DNA of 64,000 nt from an uncultured Polaribacter sp. (GTDB lineage Bacteria; Bacteroidota; Bacteroidia; Flavobacteriales; Flavobacteriaceae). The notes under the pieces are model-generated. The model did no database searches, was not told the DNA's origin, and saw nothing but the letters and a program-made list of their open reading frames with translations. Within the stretch, counting starts at the first letter, position 1. Each line of letters opens with the position of its first letter. Position numbers and translations under genes: made by a program. The DNA lies in NCBI GenBank assembly GCA_963977615.1, contig CAXBPL010000002.1, positions 32,149 through 96,148 on the forward strand, read 5' to 3'. Below are positions 59,434 to 64,000 of the stretch, in pieces.

Positions 59434-59460
59434 TTTGCATTCATCAACAAAAAAAAGATT

Positions 59461-60678
59461 ATGGAGCAGTTTGATGTAGTTGTAATTGGTGGGGGACCTG
59501 CAGGTGGACAAACAAGTAGGAATTTAGCAAAAAAAGGACATAAAGTTTTATTGGTAGAACGTTATGAAAATTTTTCTCTGAATAACTTTTCGAGTGCAGG
59601 AATGACTTTAGAACCTATGGATGAGTTTGATTTACCTGAAACAGTAATTGGTGCGTATTGGAAAGATTTGGTAATTCAATGTACAAAAAAAGCCTACACT
59701 TGGCAGGGAAAAACAAACAAAGGTGTCGTTTTAAACTTCCAAAAATTACGTGAATTTTTAGCTGATGAAACGCTAAAACTTGGTGGAAATGTTTGGATGG
59801 GACATCGTTATTTAGCGAAAGAAGTTCAAAAAGATTCAGTTATTGTAGAACTTTTAAATACTGAAACTTCAAAAAATATTAAAGTAAAAACAAAGCTTTT
59901 AGTAGATGCAACTGGACCTTTAAGAAAGGTAATGTACGATGCTAAAGAAGAACAACCAGAGATGGTTTTAGGAAGTGGAACTGAGTACGAAATTGAAGTT
60001 TCACAAGAAATCTATGATCAATTTAAAGATAAATTACTTTTTTTTCTTGGGCATAAATGGTCTATAAAAGGGTATTCTTGGATTTTTCCTATGGAAAATA
60101 GAATTTTAAAAGTTGGTGCAGGTAAAACACATCTTACATCCCTTAATCAAGAGAAAACCAATAAAACTACTCGAAAAATTACGGAGAAAATTATAGCAGA
60201 ATACGTAAAAGCAAAAGACTATAAAATTATCGATAAACATGGTGGAATCATTCGTTACAGCAGAGGTTTAAAAGATAAATTTTATCACAATAAAGTAGTT
60301 GGAGTTGGAGATGGAGTTTCAGCCATAAATCCAAGAGGAGGAGAAGGCATTCGTTACGCAATGCAAACAGCAGATTTGGCATCAACGTATATTGATGAAT
60401 ATTTAAAAACGGGTAAAGAAAATTTTGAGAATTACAGAAAAATTTGGCGAAGAAAAAAGTTATTAAAATGGAATTTAAGTGAATTTTCTGGCAGAAGAAT
60501 GTACAGCAGATATTCTGATGCGCAAGTAGAAAATAGAGTTCAATTTTTTTACGACAATTTTAATATTGATGAAATGATTGCAAGTTTATTCAATTTTAAA
60601 TATAGTAAGCCTTTTACACGTCTTTTTCAGTATAGTTTTATAAAACTGTCTTATTTGTTTAAAAAGGAGAAGTTTTAA
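59461..60678 (+). CDS. FAD-dependent oxidoreductase, geranylgeranyl reductase family
   Basis: GGGPAG, VDATG, GYSWIFP, VGDGV..INP.GGEGIRYAM. Confidence 0.88.
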   Translation: MEQFDVVVIGGGPAGGQTSRNLAKKGHKVLLVERYENFSLNNFSSAGMTLEPMDEFDLPETVIGAYWKDLVIQCTKKAYTWQGKTNKGVVLNFQKLREFLADETLKLGGNVWMGHRYLAKEVQKDSVIVELLNTETSKNIKVKTKLLVDATGPLRKVMYDAKEEQPEMVLGSGTEYEIEVSQEIYDQFKDKLLFFLGHKWSIKGYSWIFPMENRILKVGAGKTHLTSLNQEKTNKTTRKITEKIIAEYVKAKDYKIIDKHGGIIRYSRGLKDKFYHNKVVGVGDGVSAINPRGGEGIRYAMQTADLASTYIDEYLKTGKENFENYRKIWRRKKLLKWNLSEFSGRRMYSRYSDAQVENRVQFFYDNFNIDEMIASLFNFKYSKPFTRLFQYSFIKLSYLFKKEKF

Positions 60679-60743
60679 ACGCTTAACTTAATTAATTGTC
60701 AAGAAAATTCTTAATTTCGCATCCTGATTTGAAAAGAGACCAA

Positions 60744-63700
60744 ATGAAAGCGAAATTTCCTGAATATAAAGGACTTGACTTACCAAATGTTGCAGAAGAA
60801 ATTCTTAATTATTGGCAAGAAAATAACATCTTCGAAAAAAGTGTAACTTCTAGAGAAGGTGCAGAACCTTACATATTTTTTGAAGGACCACCTTCTGCAA
60901 ACGGATTACCTGGAGTGCATCATGTTTTGGCGAGAGCTATTAAAGATATTTTTCCTCGTTACAAAACCATGAAAGGTTTTCAAGTGAAAAGAAAAGCTGG
61001 TTGGGATACGCATGGTTTGCCAATAGAATTAGGTGTTGAGAAAGAATTAGGAATTACCAAAGAAGATATTGGAACCAAAATTTCTGTAGAAGATTATAAT
61101 GCAGCTTGTAGAAAAGCGGTTATGAGATATACAGATATTTGGAACGATTTAACTCAAAAAATGGGGTATTGGGTAGATATGGAAGATCCATATATTACCT
61201 ACGAACCAAAATATATGGAATCTGTTTGGTGGTTATTAAAACAGATTTATAACAAAAAATTAATTTACAAAGGCTATACAATTCAGCCATATTCTCCAAA
61301 AGCAGGAACTGGTTTAAGTTCTCACGAATTAAACCAACCAGGAACGTATCAAGATGTTACTGACACTACTATTGTTGCACAATTTAAAGCAGTAAATGAA
61401 ACGTTGCCAGACTTTTTAAAGAATGAAGGAACGATCAATTTTATTGCTTGGACTACAACTCCTTGGACATTGCCAAGTAATACAGCATTAACTGTTGGTC
61501 CAAAAATTGAGTATGTTTTAGTTGATACTTTTAATCAATATACATTTGAACCTGTAAAAGTAATTTTAGCTAAAAATTTAGTTGGAAAACAATTTGGAGG
61601 AAAAAATGCGTTTCAAGTTGAAACATTAGAAGAATTAAAAGCATACAAATCTGGTGAAAAGAAAATCCCTTTTTACGTTGTAAAAGAATTTGTTGGTAAA
61701 GATTTAGTCAATATTAAATATGAACCAATATTAGATTATAACCTAGATTTTGCCAATAAACAAGATGCTTATAGAGTAATTTTAGGAGATTTTGTAACGA
61801 CTGAAGATGGAACAGGAATTGTACATACAGCACCAACTTTTGGAGCAGATGATGCTTTGGTTGCAAAACAAGCGAGTCCAGAAATTCCAGCTTTATTGAT
61901 TAAAGATGAGAATGATAATTTAGTTCCTCTTGTAGATTTACAAGGGAAATTTAGAAAAGAAATTAAAGATGATGTTTACGGTTTTGCAAGCGAATATGTA
62001 AAATCTGAATATTTAAATGAAGAAGATTTAGAAGTTGAATTAAAGGTTCAGCAAGAAAAATTAAAAGACGTTTTAAAAGATCAAAAGCAATATTTATCTG
62101 TTGATGAACGATTAGGTTTAAAACTTAAAAACGAAAACAAGGCTTTTAAAGTCGAAAAATACAAGCACAGTTACCCAAATTGTTGGAGAACAGACAAGCC
62201 AATTTTATATTATCCATTAGATTCTTGGTTTATAAAAGTAACAGATGTAAAAGATAGAATGCATGAGTTGAACAAAACCATTAACTGGAAACCAGAATCT
62301 ACAGGAACTGGACGTTTTGGAAATTGGTTGGCAAATGCAAATGATTGGAATTTATCTCGTTCACGTTATTGGGGAATTCCTTTGCCAATTTGGCGAACAG
62401 AAGATGGTAAAGAAGAAATTTGTATTGGTTCTGTTGAAGAATTAAAAGGAGAAATGGCGAAAGCTGTTGAAGCTGGAGTTTTATCAAAAGATATTTTTGA
62501 AGATTTCGAAATCGGAAATATGTCTGATGAAAATTATGCAAAAATAGATTTACATAAAAATATTGTCGATGAAATTACATTAGTTTCATCCGAAGGAAAA
62601 CCAATGAAACGTGAAAGCGATTTAATTGATGTTTGGTTCGATTCTGGCTCTATGCCTTATGCTCAGTGGCATTATCCTTTTCAAAATAAAGAATTGGTTG
62701 ATACAACTTGGAGAAAAGCAGATTTTATTGCAGAAGGAGTAGATCAAACTCGTGGTTGGTTTTACACTTTACACGCAATTGCAACCATGATTTTTGATGA
62801 TGTTGCCTATAAAAATGTCGTTTCTAATGGATTGGTTTTAGACAAAAACGGACAAAAAATGTCTAAACGTCTTGGAAATGCAGCAGATCCTTTTACAACT
62901 TTAGGAACTTATGGAGCAGATGCCACAAGATGGTATATGATTGCGAATGCAAATCCTTGGGACAATTTAAAGTTCGATTTAGAAGGAATTGAAGAAGTAA
63001 AACGTAAGTTTTTCGGAACACTTTATAATACGTATTCGTTCTTTAGTTTATATACAAATATCGATGGTTTTTCTTATGATGAAGCTGATATCGCTTTAAA
63101 TGAAAGACCAGAATTAGACAGATGGATTTTATCTGAATTGCATACGTTAATTGAAAATGTAGATAAATTCTATGCAGATTACGAACCAACAAGAGCTGCA
63201 AGAGCAATTTCAGATTTTACAGGTGAATATTTAAGCAACTGGTATGTACGTTTAAGTAGAAGACGTTTTTGGAAAGGAACGTATGAAACTGATAAAATTT
63301 CTGCCTACCAAACTTTATATACGTGTATGATTACTGTTGCAAAGTTGGCAAGTCCTATTGCACCATTTTTTATGGACAAATTGTATCAAGATTTGAACTC
63401 AGTTACGAATAAAGAAACTTCAGAAAGTATTCACTTATCAGATTTCCCTGTTTTTGATGCTTCTTTTGTTGATAAATCTTTGGAGCGTAAAATGGAAAAT
63501 GCACAAAAAATATCTTCTTTGGTTTTATCATTAAGAGCAAAAGAAAAGATAAAAGTGCGTCAACCATTGCAAAAAATCATGATTCCTGTTGATAATCAAC
63601 AACAAAAAGAAGAAATTTTAGCAGTTGCAGATTTAATAAAACATGAGGTAAATATCAAAGAAATCCAGTTAATGGAAGATGCTTCAGATATTTTAATCAA

Positions 63701-64000
63701 ACAAATAAAACCGAATTTTAAGACTTTAGGGCCAAAATTTGGAAAAGATATGCGTTTTGTGGCAGCAGAAGTTAAAAACTTTACGCAAGAAGATATTAAC
63801 AAAATAGAGAAAGATAAAAACATTTCTATTGAAATTAATGGGAAAAATATTATTTTAGACCTCTCTGATGTAGAGATTACTTCTAAAGATATAGAAGGTT
63901 GGTTGGTTGCAAATGATGGTGCTTTAACAGTAGCTTTAGATGTAACTATCACAGAAGATTTACACAAAGAAGGTGTTGCTAGAGAATTGGTAAATAGAAT
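60744..64000 (+). CDS. ileS: Isoleucine--tRNA ligase, type 2; 3'-truncated by the window edge and absent from the ORF track
   Basis: ATG at 60744: MKAKFPEYKGLDL...EGPPSANGLPGVHH, GWDTHGLP, WTTTPWTLP, WNLSRSRYWG, DVWFDSG, EGVDQTRGWF, KMSKR. Confidence 0.97.
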   Translation, partial: MKAKFPEYKGLDLPNVAEEILNYWQENNIFEKSVTSREGAEPYIFFEGPPSANGLPGVHHVLARAIKDIFPRYKTMKGFQVKRKAGWDTHGLPIELGVEKELGITKEDIGTKISVEDYNAACRKAVMRYTDIWNDLTQKMGYWVDMEDPYITYEPKYMESVWWLLKQIYNKKLIYKGYTIQPYSPKAGTGLSSHELNQPGTYQDVTDTTIVAQFKAVNETLPDFLKNEGTINFIAWTTTPWTLPSNTALTVGPKIEYVLVDTFNQYTFEPVKVILAKNLVGKQFGGKNAFQVETLEELKAYKSGEKKIPFYVVKEFVGKDLVNIKYEPILDYNLDFANKQDAYRVILGDFVTTEDGTGIVHTAPTFGADDALVAKQASPEIPALLIKDENDNLVPLVDLQGKFRKEIKDDVYGFASEYVKSEYLNEEDLEVELKVQQEKLKDVLKDQKQYLSVDERLGLKLKNENKAFKVEKYKHSYPNCWRTDKPILYYPLDSWFIKVTDVKDRMHELNKTINWKPESTGTGRFGNWLANANDWNLSRSRYWGIPLPIWRTEDGKEEICIGSVEELKGEMAKAVEAGVLSKDIFEDFEIGNMSDENYAKIDLHKNIVDEITLVSSEGKPMKRESDLIDVWFDSGSMPYAQWHYPFQNKELVDTTWRKADFIAEGVDQTRGWFYTLHAIATMIFDDVAYKNVVSNGLVLDKNGQKMSKRLGNAADPFTTLGTYGADATRWYMIANANPWDNLKFDLEGIEEVKRKFFGTLYNTYSFFSLYTNIDGFSYDEADIALNERPELDRWILSELHTLIENVDKFYADYEPTRAARAISDFTGEYLSNWYVRLSRRRFWKGTYETDKISAYQTLYTCMITVAKLASPIAPFFMDKLYQDLNSVTNKETSESIHLSDFPVFDASFVDKSLERKMENAQKISSLVLSLRAKEKIKVRQPLQKIMIPVDNQQQKEEILAVADLIKHEVNIKEIQLMEDASDILIKQIKPNFKTLGPKFGKDMRFVAAEVKNFTQEDINKIEKDKNISIEINGKNIILDLSDVEITSKDIEGWLVANDGALTVALDVTITEDLHKEGVARELVNR

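Noticed and set aside
1458-63967. Many 60-145 aa ORFs antisense or out of frame within larger genes (e.g. 1458-1724, 3037-3261, 8284-8622, 22329-22670, 38388-38768, 45688-46125, 52960-53313, 63596-63967)
   Set aside because: They lie within well-supported genes and show shadow-frame composition with no motifs.

Overview
AT-rich chromosomal window from a marine Flavobacteriaceae member, Polaribacter-like by inference from gene content, T9SS C-terminal domains and TAnnTTTG promoter elements. 1-35.3 kb is a large carbohydrate locus built around L-arabinose catabolism: a NUDIX/NrtR-family AraR-type repressor, araB-araD-araA and an SSS symporter. It also carries two GH3, two GH2, a GH20, two circularly permuted GH16, a PIG-L deacetylase, an HGSNAT/NagX-like acetyltransferase and an esterase. 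At least six AGTGT-N7-ACACT operator-like boxes link the locus together. The most unusual part is a set of four T9SS-secreted proteins sharing an unassigned ~105-115 aa repeat module: a phosphatase, a module-only protein, a protein with a GH12-like fold but non-canonical catalytic residues, and a CBM-like surface protein. The last is followed by an unannotated 57-aa peptide with a Tat-like leader. 35.3-42 kb holds a second RpoD-type sigma factor and three paralogous helical lipoproteins whose promoters share an identically spaced GTTAA-N16-GTTAA-N20-TAnnTTTG architecture. 42-64 kb is mostly housekeeping: polA, a ParDE toxin-antitoxin pair, USP, MATE, histidine kinase, enoyl-CoA hydratase, AraC, Brx, DjlA and a partial ileS missing from the ORF track. 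No CRISPR, rRNA, tRNA or intact transposase was seen. All calls are by eye; no database searches were run.
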